A stretch of 64,000 bases of DNA from Candidatus Marinacidobacterales bacterium (GCA_965224085.1 CBDCYI010000004.1:1728001-1792000), one strand, 5' to 3'. Counted from the stretch's first letter, positions 18,996-30,048 are shown. The notes: a model not told the origin generated them from the sequence alone. Program-made: numbers and translations.

Positions 18996-20327
18996 TCAAG
19001 CGCGGATCTTGATCTTGTCCCGCCCCTCGTCCAAATCTGGCGTACCGAGCTGCCCTTCCGAGGCCGCGACGATCGTCGCCACAGTGGCGTCCCCCGTAAC
19101 GTTCGTTGCGGTTCTAAGCATGTCGAGGATACGGTCCACACCGAAGATGAGGGCGATCCCAGCGGTTGGTACGTTGATCTGCTGAAGGATGATGACGAGC
19201 ATGATGATGCCTGCTCCGGGAACGGCAGCCGTTCCGATGGAGGCCAAGACCGCCGTGAGCACGATCGTCATTTGCCCATACAAGCCGATGTCCATACCGA
19301 GAGATTGGGCGATGAACACCGCGGCGACGGCCTGGTAAAGAGCCGTACCATCCATATTCACCGTCGCCCCGAGCGGTAGCACGAACGACGAGACTTCCTC
19401 CGAGACACCGAGCTTTTCCTCACACCGCTCCATCGTGAGTGGCAAAGTCGCTCCGCTCGAGCTCGTGGAAAAGGCGACGAGCTGCACCGGAGCGATGCCT
19501 TTGATAAAAGTCTTGAGCTTCATGGGAGTGAAGGCCTTCAACAAACCGAAATAGGTCAAGCTCATGTGTAAGACGAGCCCTAGGACGACGACGACGCTGT
19601 AGTAGCCGAGCGCTCCTAGAAGGTCCAACACTTGGCCAACATCGCCACTTCCGACGAGTTGGGTAATCGTGCGCGCAATCAGCGAGAACACGCCGACAGG
19701 TGCCATCAACATGATGAGGTCAACGAGACGGATCACGACAGCGTTCAAACCTTCGAAAATATCGAGCAGCGGCTTCGCTGTATCTTTTGGCACCTGGATC
19801 AACCCGATACCCACGAAGATGGCGACGAAGACGACTTGGAGCATGTTTCGATTGCTCGAGGCGGACGATAAGAAATTCGAGGGAACGATGTCCTCGAGTA
19901 GCTGCAGGGGGCCGCGATCGTCGACGACTTCGGCCTGCTCCTCACGTTCGCTGACGTTGTCGGCGAACTCAGCCTGAAGCCTTTCTCTCGCCTGCGGAGG
20001 TAGGGCGTCGCCCGGGCGCGTGATGTTTACGAGCAAAAGGCCGATGACAACCGCGATCGCAGTGGTCCCGATATAGATCGCGATAGTTTTGCTCCCGATG
20101 CGCGACAGCTTGCGCAAGTCGCTCAGGGAGGCCACTCCCGTGATCAAGGACGAGAGAACGAGAGGCACCGCGATCAGCTGAAGCCCATTGATGAAGACCG
20201 TGCCGAAAGGAGCGATCCAATCCGAAGTGAATCTACCCCATCCATTGGCGGCTGCGATGACGCCGTAAACGACGCCCAGCAGAAGTCCGACGATGATTTG
20301 CCAGTGAAGCTTGCGATACCAAAGCAT
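18996..20327 (-). CDS. Dicarboxylate/amino acid:cation symporter (DAACS, GltP-like)
   Basis: AFSTSSSGATLP, PLGATVNMDGTALY, DRILDMLRTATNVTGD. Confidence 0.95.
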   Translation of the reverse strand: MLWYRKLHWQIIVGLLLGVVYGVIAAANGWGRFTSDWIAPFGTVFINGLQLIAVPLVLSSLITGVASLSDLRKLSRIGSKTIAIYIGTTAIAVVIGLLLVNITRPGDALPPQARERLQAEFADNVSEREEQAEVVDDRGPLQLLEDIVPSNFLSSASSNRNMLQVVFVAIFVGIGLIQVPKDTAKPLLDIFEGLNAVVIRLVDLIMLMAPVGVFSLIARTITQLVGSGDVGQVLDLLGALGYYSVVVVLGLVLHMSLTYFGLLKAFTPMKLKTFIKGIAPVQLVAFSTSSSGATLPLTMERCEEKLGVSEEVSSFVLPLGATVNMDGTALYQAVAAVFIAQSLGMDIGLYGQMTIVLTAVLASIGTAAVPGAGIIMLVIILQQINVPTAGIALIFGVDRILDMLRTATNVTGDATVATIVAASEGQLGTPDLDEGRDKIKIRA

Positions 20328-20374
20328 AAGGCTGGCGATGATATCAGTTGCCAGCCGTCAGTTGCCAGTCAGCG

Positions 20375-21061
20375 TTAGTTGTTTTGCGGTACGGGTGAGC
20401 TGGCCTCGACCTGATCGGAGGAGATGATTCCAATCGCGGTAGCGGTGGCACCAGCTCCCGAAAGTAAAAGAAGCAGACCACCAGGGAGGGTTCCGTCTGC
20501 GCCGGTGATGAGGGCAAGACAGGCGGACAAATGAGAAACGCACGTTCTCGGGACCCACGGGGGAACATCCGACGTTCGACGACCGTCATCCGCCGCCATC
20601 CAAGCGACTTGTTCCTCACGGTCGATCACGAAACAAAGCTCGGCGACATAGTCGAGCTGAACGTTGAGATCCAAGCGTTGTTTTACTGGAAAGTCGAACC
20701 CCTCATGGCGCAAGGTGAATTCGTAAGTACCGACGGGCGTTTCGCGGATCGCGTACTCGCCCGTCTCGTCGCTAAGCTCACTAACAAAAGTGGCATTTGT
20801 CGCGAGCTGACGGCCGATGACCAACACCGCTTCACGCTCATCCACGAACTCCATCGCATCGAGCTCCGCGAACGTCTCGTCGAAATCCGAATCCTGCGCA
20901 CGTTTCGCTTCGATATGTTCGCGGTAGCGCTCTTTGTCGATTTCATAGACACGCCCGATGACGAACCCCTCGAGAATTTTTTCTTCGGCCGAAGCGCCCG
21001 GCAAGAAAGATGCCATCGCGATCGCGATTGCGGTGAGCCTATGGTTTCCTATCCTCTTCAT
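20375..21061 (-). CDS. Hypothetical exported protein
   Basis: Signal peptide from MKRIGNHRL; beta-sandwich-like SDETGEYAIRETPVGTYEF; hydrophobic C-terminus. Confidence 0.6.
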   Translation of the reverse strand: MKRIGNHRLTAIAIAMASFLPGASAEEKILEGFVIGRVYEIDKERYREHIEAKRAQDSDFDETFAELDAMEFVDEREAVLVIGRQLATNATFVSELSDETGEYAIRETPVGTYEFTLRHEGFDFPVKQRLDLNVQLDYVAELCFVIDREEQVAWMAADDGRRTSDVPPWVPRTCVSHLSACLALITGADGTLPGGLLLLLSGAGATATAIGIISSDQVEASSPVPQNN

Positions 21062-21164
21062 GTCTTCACAGATACACACCCGAGACCCAAACGCTTGGGT
21101 CTTGAAGTATATTTTGCGTTGTTGACAGAAGCTTGTTATTAGTTTAGCGAGGCGAAGTGATTTG

Positions 21165-22361
21165 TCAAACGCCCTGATTCTTCGTGGTCGAGTCCGATCG
21201 GAAAGCGATGGCGGAAATCTTGCCGCCGTCGACCTGAAGAGCGCGCTTTCCATCCAGAATATCGAGCAAATCCTGGCCCGCGACGTCGCGGCGCCACCCT
21301 TCCAATAATGGAAGCTCCGGTAGCACGCCACGGTGATGGCCCGCGGCGAGGGTTTTGAGATCGCCCCGTGTCGCGAGCATCGAGGGGGCGATCTCGGCTT
21401 CGAGAGAGCGCGCATAGAGCCAGGCCTCGAGCAGTCTCGCCACCGAATCGATGTGGGGCGGGACTTTGAATCTTACTTTGTCGGGGGCGGCTTTTTTGAC
21501 CGGATGCTGCAATCCTCTCTTGACGGCTTGAACGATAGCGTCTCCGACTTTAGCAATTTGGTGCGGCTTGAGCGAGCGGATCTGTTTGAGGTTTTGGATA
21601 GAAGATGGACGCCGGCGTGCAATCTCTAAGATGCTCTGATCCCGGATCACCCATCCGCGGGGAAGGTTCCGTGTACGTGCCGTTTGCTCCCGCCACGCCG
21701 CCACCTCACGGAGAACCCCCAAGCTCGCGCTGCTCAGCCCGCTCGTCTTGAGACGCTGGTAGTAGTCAAGAGGCTCCGGCGTGATGTAAGTCGTTTCCAT
21801 TTCCAGACGATGGCACTCTTCTTTGTCCCAGCCGGATCGTCCGAGCGCGTCGAGGCGCTCTCCGAGATGTTTGCGGATCTCGGAAAGATAGCGCACGTCC
21901 TCGAGCGAATATTCGAGCTGCGCTTTCGTGAGCGGCCGCGCCGTCCAATCCGTCAGCGTCTCTAGCTTATTGAGCTGCACGCCGTTAACTTTAGCGACGA
22001 GCTTGGCGTAAGAGATTTGGTCGCCATAGCCGACGAGCGCCGCTGCAATCTGCGAATCGAACACATTTTTCGGAACAGCACCGCCCTTCTCGTAGAGCGC
22101 CGCGAAGTCCTGCTCACCGGCATGGACGACTTTTTCCAAGGATTCGTCGACGAGCAATTCGTAGAGAGGCTCGAGTGTAGATAGAGCGCGCGGATCGATC
22201 ACGGCCTCTATTCCTGGAGCTGCGACTTGCACGATGCCGAGCTGAATGAAAAAAGTGCGCTCGCGGACGAACTCGGTATCGAGGGCAAAGGAATCGAAGG
22301 TGCTGAGTTTCTGGCAAAGCTCTTCGAGCTCGTCGGTTTGTTCGATGACTACATGTGACAT
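21165..22361 (-). CDS. rnd: Ribonuclease D
   Basis: ALDTEFVRERT, KVVHAGEQD, FDSQIAA, TDWTARPL, HRDC region WREQTAR. Confidence 0.93.
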   Translation of the reverse strand: MSHVVIEQTDELEELCQKLSTFDSFALDTEFVRERTFFIQLGIVQVAAPGIEAVIDPRALSTLEPLYELLVDESLEKVVHAGEQDFAALYEKGGAVPKNVFDSQIAAALVGYGDQISYAKLVAKVNGVQLNKLETLTDWTARPLTKAQLEYSLEDVRYLSEIRKHLGERLDALGRSGWDKEECHRLEMETTYITPEPLDYYQRLKTSGLSSASLGVLREVAAWREQTARTRNLPRGWVIRDQSILEIARRRPSSIQNLKQIRSLKPHQIAKVGDAIVQAVKRGLQHPVKKAAPDKVRFKVPPHIDSVARLLEAWLYARSLEAEIAPSMLATRGDLKTLAAGHHRGVLPELPLLEGWRRDVAGQDLLDILDGKRALQVDGGKISAIAFRSDSTTKNQGV

Positions 22362-24814
22362 CAAGACCCAAGTGAGAAACGGAATGAAAAACCCATGTCA
22401 ACGCTGTTGAGAAACTCGCCAAAGCGAGGACTCGCAAGGTTTGACACGACTTCGCGGGGGTTGTAATGGCTCGCCAAGTTAAAGATCTGAAAACCGACAC
22501 GTATCTTACGGCCTTTGACGCTGAGGCCTTTCATCACGCGCACGTCGACCGAAAGAAAATTGGGGAATCGACCGCCGCGATTCCGCTCGCCAAGCGGTAG
22601 ATAACCTTCGCTCGAGACGCTATAGGGAAAGCCAGAGCGCCACTCGACGCCCGGCGACACCGTGATTTCTCCTTTAACGTGCCAGATGCCCCAGAACAGC
22701 GCGCGGTGTGGGACATCGTGACGGAAAAGCGACCTCTCATTGGCGAGAAAAAGAGGCGTCCTCAAATCCTGGTAAAGCGCGGCGAAGTCGTTCAGATCAC
22801 CAGTCGAACGCGCCCGTACGTAGGACAAGAACAGCTCGTTCTTCTCGCGTTTGACGCGCAGTGTGACGTCGAGCTCGCGCGAAAGGGACTTCCCTCGCGA
22901 CGATAAAAGCATGGCGCCCGAGGCACCGTTTTCAACACGGTCCACGATCAGCTCCTTCGAGCCGCGCCGTTCACGGTAGTTCACCCGCAGCTGAAGGTCT
23001 TTTGGGAGCACCTGGCTGAACTCGACATTCCAAGTTGTGCCCCGCGGCATGTCCAGACCTTCGTCAGCCACACTGGGCGCGAAAACGAGCGGAGAGCCTT
23101 CCGGCAAGCCGTCCGCTCCAAAATTTCTTTCGACGCGTCTTTGGAAACGATCGAAGCGGTCCGCATAGAGCAACACACGATCGTAGAAGATGCCCCAGCC
23201 CGCTTTGATGACCGTGCGACCCTTTCGATCGAGCGCAAACGCCGTTGAGACACGCGGCGCGAGTTGATGCTCACTCACGAGCCGGTCGTAGTCGTAGCGA
23301 AGACCGATGTTAAAGCCCAGGCGGTCGGTGAGCCGCCACCGGTCCTGCACGTAAGCCGAAAATTGAACGTCTTCACCGCCAACAGCCGGATCGCCGACGT
23401 ATTCAACCCTCTGGATGACACCGCCCCCGTTGCTTAGAATCTCGACCGGCCGGCCCATATCCGTGCCGGTGAAGCTCGTATAGGAGACATTGCCACCAAT
23501 CTTCATGATGTGCTCCCCGAAGAGATCTGGTGGCGCGTGGGTGCACGAGGAGGCAACCTCGAAACGCAGGCTGTCGCGGTCGAGCTCATTGAAGTAGTTG
23601 CCGCGCAACCCCTCCGGAGTCAGGCGCGAAGGCGCATCGCCCTTAGGGCCGACGGCAACATCGAATGTCTTCACCGCGATGATCGTTTCGACGAATGTGC
23701 GAGAAAAAAAGGACCGCTCGGAGACGGCGAAATTCCAGCCTTTGCTGTTGAAATCCGGCGTGGCATTCGCCGTGACGAGTGCGTTCAAGCCGAGATTGTC
23801 GACCTCGAGGGGAAAGTAGGAGAAGGTCGTCGTGAGGTGATGCTTCTCTGCGAAACGAAAGTCGAGTTGAGTAAAGCTGTCGTAACTCTCGAGTACCCGC
23901 TCGTCCTCACCAGCCGCGACGTCGTAGACACGCGAGCGCACGAAACGATAGGCGAGGCCTTGCGAGAACCAGGCTTTGCCTTTCTTGATAGGGCCACTGA
24001 TCTGGATCTGAGGGACGAACGAGCGGAGGCCATGGATCGTGCCGCCTCTGAAGTTGAAGCTCGGCCACAAGTTCCCGTAGTCCAAATCCCATTCATCCGT
24101 GCCGCCCCGCGTTTCGATCTTCGCAACGGCTCCGGTGATTCGGCCATATTCCGCCGAGTACGGCAAGTTGTTTACTTCGACCGCCTTGATCGCTTTGAGC
24201 GGGAGCTCGACGGCGAACTCCCCCGTTACCGGATCCGTCACGTTCGCGCCGTTCACGAGCAGCGTGGACTGACTGGGACGGGCACCATTGAAGCTCAAGC
24301 GCCCTTCCGGATCCCGCACGACGCCAGGCACGAGCGGGAAAGACTCTTGGAAACGATCCGTAGCAAGCGGCAGGACGTCCAGCTGCTCCGGCGTGAGCGT
24401 GACGACTTCCTCGGGCTCGTTCGCGACCCCATCGGTCGCAACACCTTCGATCATGACGCTCTCCGAGACCCGCACGATTTGGAGGCCCACCTCGAACCGT
24501 GTTTCCTCGCCCGCCACGACACGGACCTTCTCGATCGAATAATCTTCATAGCCGGGAAGCACCACGACGAATCGGCAAAACCCGGCGGGTATATCTCGAA
24601 ACACAAATCCGCCCATGGAGCCGGTGACCTCGACGAACGAGGCACCCGATTCCGTCGTCATCGTCACGAGCACCCCGGGGAGCGGATTTCCGCCCGGACC
24701 GCTGACAGTCCCAACAACGCGCCCAGTACGAGCCTGCGCGAGGGGCGTGCCCGTAGCTGGGAGAACGAAAAGAAGTAATCCGCCCAGGGTCGCTCGAACC
24801 GGAATCTTGAACAC
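22361..24814 (-). CDS. TonB-dependent receptor-like outer membrane protein with N-terminal carboxypeptidase-regulatory-like domain
   Basis: Signal peptide; GRVVGTV..PLPGV; LVPGVV..GARPSQ..VNGANVTDP; SAEYG; YVQDRW; GLRYDYD. Confidence 0.85.
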   Translation of the reverse strand: MFKIPVRATLGGLLLFVLPATGTPLAQARTGRVVGTVSGPGGNPLPGVLVTMTTESGASFVEVTGSMGGFVFRDIPAGFCRFVVVLPGYEDYSIEKVRVVAGEETRFEVGLQIVRVSESVMIEGVATDGVANEPEEVVTLTPEQLDVLPLATDRFQESFPLVPGVVRDPEGRLSFNGARPSQSTLLVNGANVTDPVTGEFAVELPLKAIKAVEVNNLPYSAEYGRITGAVAKIETRGGTDEWDLDYGNLWPSFNFRGGTIHGLRSFVPQIQISGPIKKGKAWFSQGLAYRFVRSRVYDVAAGEDERVLESYDSFTQLDFRFAEKHHLTTTFSYFPLEVDNLGLNALVTANATPDFNSKGWNFAVSERSFFSRTFVETIIAVKTFDVAVGPKGDAPSRLTPEGLRGNYFNELDRDSLRFEVASSCTHAPPDLFGEHIMKIGGNVSYTSFTGTDMGRPVEILSNGGGVIQRVEYVGDPAVGGEDVQFSAYVQDRWRLTDRLGFNIGLRYDYDRLVSEHQLAPRVSTAFALDRKGRTVIKAGWGIFYDRVLLYADRFDRFQRRVERNFGADGLPEGSPLVFAPSVADEGLDMPRGTTWNVEFSQVLPKDLQLRVNYRERRGSKELIVDRVENGASGAMLLSSRGKSLSRELDVTLRVKREKNELFLSYVRARSTGDLNDFAALYQDLRTPLFLANERSLFRHDVPHRALFWGIWHVKGEITVSPGVEWRSGFPYSVSSEGYLPLGERNRGGRFPNFLSVDVRVMKGLSVKGRKIRVGFQIFNLASHYNPREVVSNLASPRFGEFLNSVDMGFSFRFSLGS

Positions 24815-24935
24815 GCGTGATTCACTTTTGGGGAGCTCGATACAGGACCGGCTGGCGGCTTCCGTCGACGAGTCTATCACGTCCACCGAGTTGCGCAGTT
24901 GTGATAGAACTTGCGCTCCAAAGGAGCGAAACGTC

Positions 24936-26405
24936 GTGGACTCTCCTCCCAGCTGGCTCAGTGTTCTACCCCCCCTGATCGCTATCATCACCGCGCTCGT
25001 TACGAAGCAAGTCTTCCTGTCTTTGTTTGCTGGGATCTGGCTCGGCTGGTGCGTTCTCGACGGCGGCAACGTCGTGCTCGGACTCAGGGATGCGCTCCAG
25101 GCGCTCGTCGATGTGTACAAGAGTGATGGGAACACACGGACGATCATGTTCAGCGCGCTCATGGGCTCGTTGATTGCCTTGACGCAGCACTCGGGAGGTG
25201 TTTCGGGTTTCATTCTTTGGGTGACGGAGAAGGGCTACGTTGTCTCGCGGCGCGGCGCGCAGCTGCTTGCGTCTTTCCTTGGGCTCGGGATCTTCCTCGA
25301 GTCTAACATCACGTGTCTCGTGTCGGGATCGATATCGAGACCGCTCTTCGACAAGTTCCGGCTCTCCCGTGAGAAGCTCGCCTATATCTGCGATTCCACG
25401 TCGGCTCCTGTGTGCATCCTCATCCCGATGAACGGCTGGGGAGCCTTCATCTGGGGCGTACTCGCAACCCAAGGGATCGACCGTCCGATCGTAGCGCTCT
25501 TCACAGCAAACCTCTTCAACTTTTACGCGTTTCTCGCCGTGGCCCTCGTATTCTTCATCGTAATCACCGGCCGCGATTGGGGCGCCATGGCGAAGGCCGA
25601 AAAACGAGCTCTCGAGACGGGAAAAGTCATTCGTGACGGCGCCAAGCCCCTCGTTTCCGCGGACGTCCTGGCGCTTCCGACCAAACAAGGCGTGGAGCCG
25701 AAGGCGCGCAACATGATCGTACCTCTGCTCACGATGCTCGTGGCGATGCCGGTCGGCCTCTACATCACCGGTAGCGGGGATACGCTCGCAGCGAGCGAGT
25801 CTACGTCGGTGCTCTGGAGCGTGCTCCTCACGATCCTCGCAGGGAGCGGGTCCACGTCGGTGTTGTGGGCCGTGCTCCTCGCGATCACGGTAGCTTACGT
25901 CCTCTATACGGTGCAGCGCATCTTCAGCCTGAGCGAGTTCATGGAGCTCGTTTTGAACGGCATTGGCGGACTGATGCCCGTCGTGCTCCTGATGATGATG
26001 GCTTTTGCGATCGGCGCCGTTTCGATAGAGCTTCGAACGGGTGAGTATCTCGCCGGCCTCTCCGAAGGCCTTCTCAGCCCGTCTCTCGTTCCCGCCATCC
26101 TCTTCGTGCTAACAGGCTTCATCGCCTTTTCCACCGGAACATCATGGGGCACATTCGCCATCATGCTACCGATCGGCATCCCCATGGCCGAGGTCGTCGG
26201 CGCTCATCTCCACATGACGATCGGCGCCGTGCTTGCGGGCGGGATCTTCGGCGACCACTGCTCTCCCATCTCGGACACGACGATCATCTCGTCCATGGCC
26301 TCTGGCTCGGATCACATCGATCACGTAAACACCCAGCTCCCCTACGCCCTCGCGATCGGAGCCCTCGCGACAGTGTGTTTTCTCGTCGCCGGCGTAGCTG
26401 CTTGA
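24936..26405 (+). CDS. NhaC-family Na+/H+ antiporter-type transporter
   Basis: RBS AAGGAG plus GTG; WLSVLPP, SREKLAYICDSTSAP, FSTGTSWGTF, FGDHCSPISDTT, HVNTQLPY. Confidence 0.92.
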   Translation: MDSPPSWLSVLPPLIAIITALVTKQVFLSLFAGIWLGWCVLDGGNVVLGLRDALQALVDVYKSDGNTRTIMFSALMGSLIALTQHSGGVSGFILWVTEKGYVVSRRGAQLLASFLGLGIFLESNITCLVSGSISRPLFDKFRLSREKLAYICDSTSAPVCILIPMNGWGAFIWGVLATQGIDRPIVALFTANLFNFYAFLAVALVFFIVITGRDWGAMAKAEKRALETGKVIRDGAKPLVSADVLALPTKQGVEPKARNMIVPLLTMLVAMPVGLYITGSGDTLAASESTSVLWSVLLTILAGSGSTSVLWAVLLAITVAYVLYTVQRIFSLSEFMELVLNGIGGLMPVVLLMMMAFAIGAVSIELRTGEYLAGLSEGLLSPSLVPAILFVLTGFIAFSTGTSWGTFAIMLPIGIPMAEVVGAHLHMTIGAVLAGGIFGDHCSPISDTTIISSMASGSDHIDHVNTQLPYALAIGALATVCFLVAGVAA

Positions 26406-26495
26406 GTTTCGTGTAGCCACCGGCTAACGGGCGCTTCAATAGCGGCATGGACGCCGATTGGTAGCAGATAGCAGGTAGCGTGTTCGAAACGGGAC

Positions 26496-27749
26496 TCAGA
26501 GAGAGCGAATCACCAAGACCGTAGCGTCGTCCGTCGGGGCGCCGCCGCTGAAGCGACGAACATCGCTCAGAACGATTCGGCAGACTTCAGCCGCGGGTTC
26601 GCCTTGGTTCTCTTTCAACACGTCGAGCAAACGGCTCCGTCCATAGTCCTCGTCCTCCGCGTTGGTCGACTCGGTGATGCCGTCGGTGTAGAGACAGAGG
26701 AGGTCACCGCTTTGGAGTTGGACGAACTGTTCGAAATAGCGGGGGTTGTCGAAAAAGCCGAGCGGAAATCCGCCGGAGCGCAAGAGCTCCACGTCTCCAT
26801 TCTTACGAAGCACGATCGGAGGTAGGTGTCCCGCGTTGATATAGATGAAGCGCCGCGCTTGCGCATCGAGCACCGCGTAGAACAGCGTGACATATTTAGC
26901 TTTGGGACCCGTCGAGACATGGATGAACTCGTTCGCGCGCTGGAGGATCGAGCGCAACGCGAGCTCACGTTTCGCGAGCGTATAGAGAGTCGCGCGCATG
27001 GCGGCCACGACGAGCGCCGCCGGTGCGCCTTTACCTGAAACGTCCGCCATCGCAAAGCCCCATCGATCGCTCTCGAGCGGGATGAAGTCGTAGTAGTCGC
27101 CGCCGACCTCGTAGGCCGGCTCGATGACGGCGGCGATGTCGAAGCCATCGAGCCGAGGTGCGTCGCTCGGCAGAAGCCCCGACATGACTTGCCGGGCGAC
27201 CTCGAGCTCACTCGTAACCCGGCGTCCGCTCACATTCTCCGAATAGAGAAGCGCCCTCTCGATGGACGGCGCCGCTGCCCGGCTATAGCTCATCAAGATC
27301 TCGAGATCGTCATTCGTGTAGCGCGATGCCTCGTCGGACTCCACCGTGATGACGCCGAGCACACGCCCTCCGCCCCCGATGATCGGTGCTGCAAGCGCGG
27401 TGAGAGTGGACTCCCGAAGGTTCGGGCCTCTGTCCTCGTCCGTCACTGCGAGCTCAGACGAGGCGCGCCCAGAGCGAAGGACCCGCCCCGGCAGATCCTC
27501 GGCGGACTCGAGTCTCCGCGCTTCACGCGCTGCTTCGCTTTCAGCTCGCGCACGCTGGCAAACGATCGCTCCGCCATGACGTTCGCGAACGTAGATGCTG
27601 GCAGACTCGGACGCGAAAAGCGCCCTCGAGCCGGCCAACACGTGGTCGGCGGTGCGGCTCAGGTCCAAGGAGCTCCCTAGAGTCTCCAGGAGATCGAGCA
27701 GCACCCGCGTCTCAGAAGAGGCTCGTACCTCACTTGCCAGTTTCGACAT
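26496..27749 (-). CDS. GAF-domain PP2C/SpoIIE (RsbU-like) phosphatase
   Basis: VGGDYYD, ADVSGKG, NAGH, LYTDGITE, DDAT. Confidence 0.92.
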   Translation of the reverse strand: MSKLASEVRASSETRVLLDLLETLGSSLDLSRTADHVLAGSRALFASESASIYVRERHGGAIVCQRARAESEAAREARRLESAEDLPGRVLRSGRASSELAVTDEDRGPNLRESTLTALAAPIIGGGGRVLGVITVESDEASRYTNDDLEILMSYSRAAAPSIERALLYSENVSGRRVTSELEVARQVMSGLLPSDAPRLDGFDIAAVIEPAYEVGGDYYDFIPLESDRWGFAMADVSGKGAPAALVVAAMRATLYTLAKRELALRSILQRANEFIHVSTGPKAKYVTLFYAVLDAQARRFIYINAGHLPPIVLRKNGDVELLRSGGFPLGFFDNPRYFEQFVQLQSGDLLCLYTDGITESTNAEDEDYGRSRLLDVLKENQGEPAAEVCRIVLSDVRRFSGGAPTDDATVLVIRSL

Positions 27750-27773
27750 AGCCGATCAGTCTAACAAAGGCTC

Positions 27774-28871
27774 TCAGGCTCGGCTAGATTTCGCGGCGAT
27801 TTTCCAAATGCCGAGCGTCAATACCGGCAGAAGATAAACGGCCCAAAACCCGTAAGTAATGGCCCTGTAACCGGTGGAGATTAATTCCTCCAGACCAGCC
27901 TGCGCGATCAATGTCGCGAGCGCCAGCAGGGCGACCGCGACCACTGGGCGCATTCCGGACGGAAGGTGCTTGCTGTTTTCCTCGAAAGAGCGCGAGAGGC
28001 GCTCGTTGAAGGCGTGGATAAGTCCCGTCCCCGTCTCGACGAGTGTGCCGAGAAGCATGATTTGGAATGTCAGAAGAAGGGCGCGCGAGCCGACGCGCTC
28101 AAGAAGGAGGATGGACGGCACGGTCTCGGACAAGACTTGCGGGTACAGTCCCAACATGGCCATATAAAAGAAGAACCCTGGGATGATCGCGATGGGCCCC
28201 GCGAGAAGACCCGCCGTCAACGCCTCTTTGCGGTGTTGCTGGTGGCGGATGGTGAAAAGAACAGCAGGGAGTATACCGACATTATAGGCCGCATATTCGA
28301 TCCCCCCCACGAACCAACCCGGCGTGATTTCGAAAGCACGCAGCGTCGAAACAATGTCATCGCCAAAGGAGACAAAGCATGCGACGACGAACACAACGTA
28401 GACCGCGTAGAGCACGAGCGACCAGAGAGAGAGAAATTTCTCGACGAGCGCCGTACCCTTCAGCACGAGAAAACCGACGCTGGCCATCATCATCGCAACC
28501 GCAACAAGATAAGGCAGCGGAAAGATCTGCTCGACGATGCTCCCTGCCGCCGCCGCGATGACGGACAAAACGATGATCATCAAGATCAGGTAGCAAATCT
28601 CATAGAGCCACCATGCTGGACCGAGGAGAACGCGCGAAAAACTTCGATATTCGTACGTCTTCATCAGGCGCGCGAGCTCGAAGGTCACAGCACCTACCGC
28701 GCTCCAGATCACGGTCGAAACGAGCGTCATGGCGAGAAGACCGCCACCGGGACCGAAGTTCAGGAAGAACTCGACGAGCTCGCGCCCGGTGCCGTAGCCC
28801 CCGGCAATAACCATCGACTGAAAAACGAATCCCGGCAGAAGGTACTTCTGGAAGAACGCGGAATTGAACAT
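27774..28871 (-). CDS. YkvI-family membrane protein
   Basis: IAGGYGTGRELVEFF; about 10 TM segments. Confidence 0.8.
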   Translation of the reverse strand: MFNSAFFQKYLLPGFVFQSMVIAGGYGTGRELVEFFLNFGPGGGLLAMTLVSTVIWSAVGAVTFELARLMKTYEYRSFSRVLLGPAWWLYEICYLILMIIVLSVIAAAAGSIVEQIFPLPYLVAVAMMMASVGFLVLKGTALVEKFLSLWSLVLYAVYVVFVVACFVSFGDDIVSTLRAFEITPGWFVGGIEYAAYNVGILPAVLFTIRHQQHRKEALTAGLLAGPIAIIPGFFFYMAMLGLYPQVLSETVPSILLLERVGSRALLLTFQIMLLGTLVETGTGLIHAFNERLSRSFEENSKHLPSGMRPVVAVALLALATLIAQAGLEELISTGYRAITYGFWAVYLLPVLTLGIWKIAAKSSRA

Positions 28872-28969
28872 GGCGTGCGTTGATACTTCAACTGCCGCTC
28901 TGGATGCAAACGGGAACCGCCTCCCGACGGGGGGAGAGGTCCGATCAATATTAAGAAAAGCTTTTCTTA

Positions 28970-29758
28970 TTATTGATCTTTGGGGGGCGGTGCGGAGAAA
29001 TCGACGATGACCGGTGCGTGGTCGGAGGGTTGTTTCCCCTTGCGCTCGTCACGGTCGACGAAAGCGTTGTGGATGCGCTCGGCTAACGGCTTCGTGACGA
29101 GGACACCGTCGATGCGCAGGCCGTTATCTTTTTGGAAGCCCAACCGCCGGTAGTCCCACCACGAGTAGATACCGCCCTCGGGATGCACGATGCGGAAAGC
29201 GTCGACGAGTCCCCAGTCGATGAGTCGGTCAAAGGCGCCGCGCGCCTCGCGGTGACACAGCACGGATTCTGCCCACAGCTCGGGGTGTTTGACGTCTTTG
29301 TCGTCTGGGGTAATGTTGAAGTCGCCGCAGACCGCGAGCGGCTTCTCGGGATCGGTCTTAGCTTCGAGATATTCGCGAAGACGCGACAACCATTCGAGTT
29401 TGTAGGGCCACTTCTCCGAGGTCACATCGCCACCATTGGGCACGTAGACCGAGATCACCCGCACGCCCGCGACATCGACCGCGATCAGCCGCGCCTGGGA
29501 ATCGTCGGCGCTATCCTCGAGAGAGCGCGTCACGTTCCCGAGCGGCTCTTTGCTCAAGATCGCGACGCCGTTATAGGTCTTTTGTCCATAGATCGCGGAG
29601 TGATAGCCCGCTTGCATGAGCGGGAGCGCTGGGAAATCCTCCTCAGCTATTTTCAGCTCTTGCAAACAAATCGCATCCGGCTCGTGGCGTTCGAGAACAC
29701 CGAAGAGGCGCTCGAGGCGCGTTCTGATCGAGTTGACGTTCCACGTGATGATCCGCAT
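28970..29758 (-). CDS. xth: Exodeoxyribonuclease III
   Basis: TWNVNSIR, LQELK, YNGVAILS, YVPNG, GDFN, SWWDYR, GLRID, SDHAP. Confidence 0.95.
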   Translation of the reverse strand: MRIITWNVNSIRTRLERLFGVLERHEPDAICLQELKIAEEDFPALPLMQAGYHSAIYGQKTYNGVAILSKEPLGNVTRSLEDSADDSQARLIAVDVAGVRVISVYVPNGGDVTSEKWPYKLEWLSRLREYLEAKTDPEKPLAVCGDFNITPDDKDVKHPELWAESVLCHREARGAFDRLIDWGLVDAFRIVHPEGGIYSWWDYRRLGFQKDNGLRIDGVLVTKPLAERIHNAFVDRDERKGKQPSDHAPVIVDFSAPPPKDQ

Positions 29759-29847
29759 TCGTGCGCCGATTATACCCGCCGCTCTCATTGCCTCCACGTC
29801 ACACGTTGCGTTAGGATGCCGCGTCCAATCGGTGAGGTGAGAAAAAC

Positions 29848-30048
29848 ATGAGAGCGTTCTTCCCGATGCGAGGCAGCGAGGTCGTGGCACTTGCGTTCCT
29901 GATCCTCTTCTCGGTCGTGTCCTTCATGCCCCTCTGGCGCACGATCGAAATCGCAGGGATGGCCGCTTTCGGATGGTTCATGGCGGCGCTCATGGTGATT
30001 TCGCCCGCGGTCGCGCTCTTCGTCTTCCTTCGCGAGCGACGTTCTTAG
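29848..30048 (+). CDS. Small 2-TM membrane protein, probable partner of the sodium:solute symporter
   Basis: 66 aa, two hydrophobic helices; stop directly abuts the SSS start. Confidence 0.65.
   Translation: MRAFFPMRGSEVVALAFLILFSVVSFMPLWRTIEIAGMAAFGWFMAALMVISPAVALFVFLRERRS

Noticed and set aside
20345-20372. CAGTTGCCAG short tandem repeat
   Set aside because: Only two copies; too short to support a function
24615-25213. Long overlap between the TonB-receptor and NhaC ORFs
   Set aside because: An artefact of maximal ORF extension; plausible starts at 24814 (-) and 24936 (+) do not overlap
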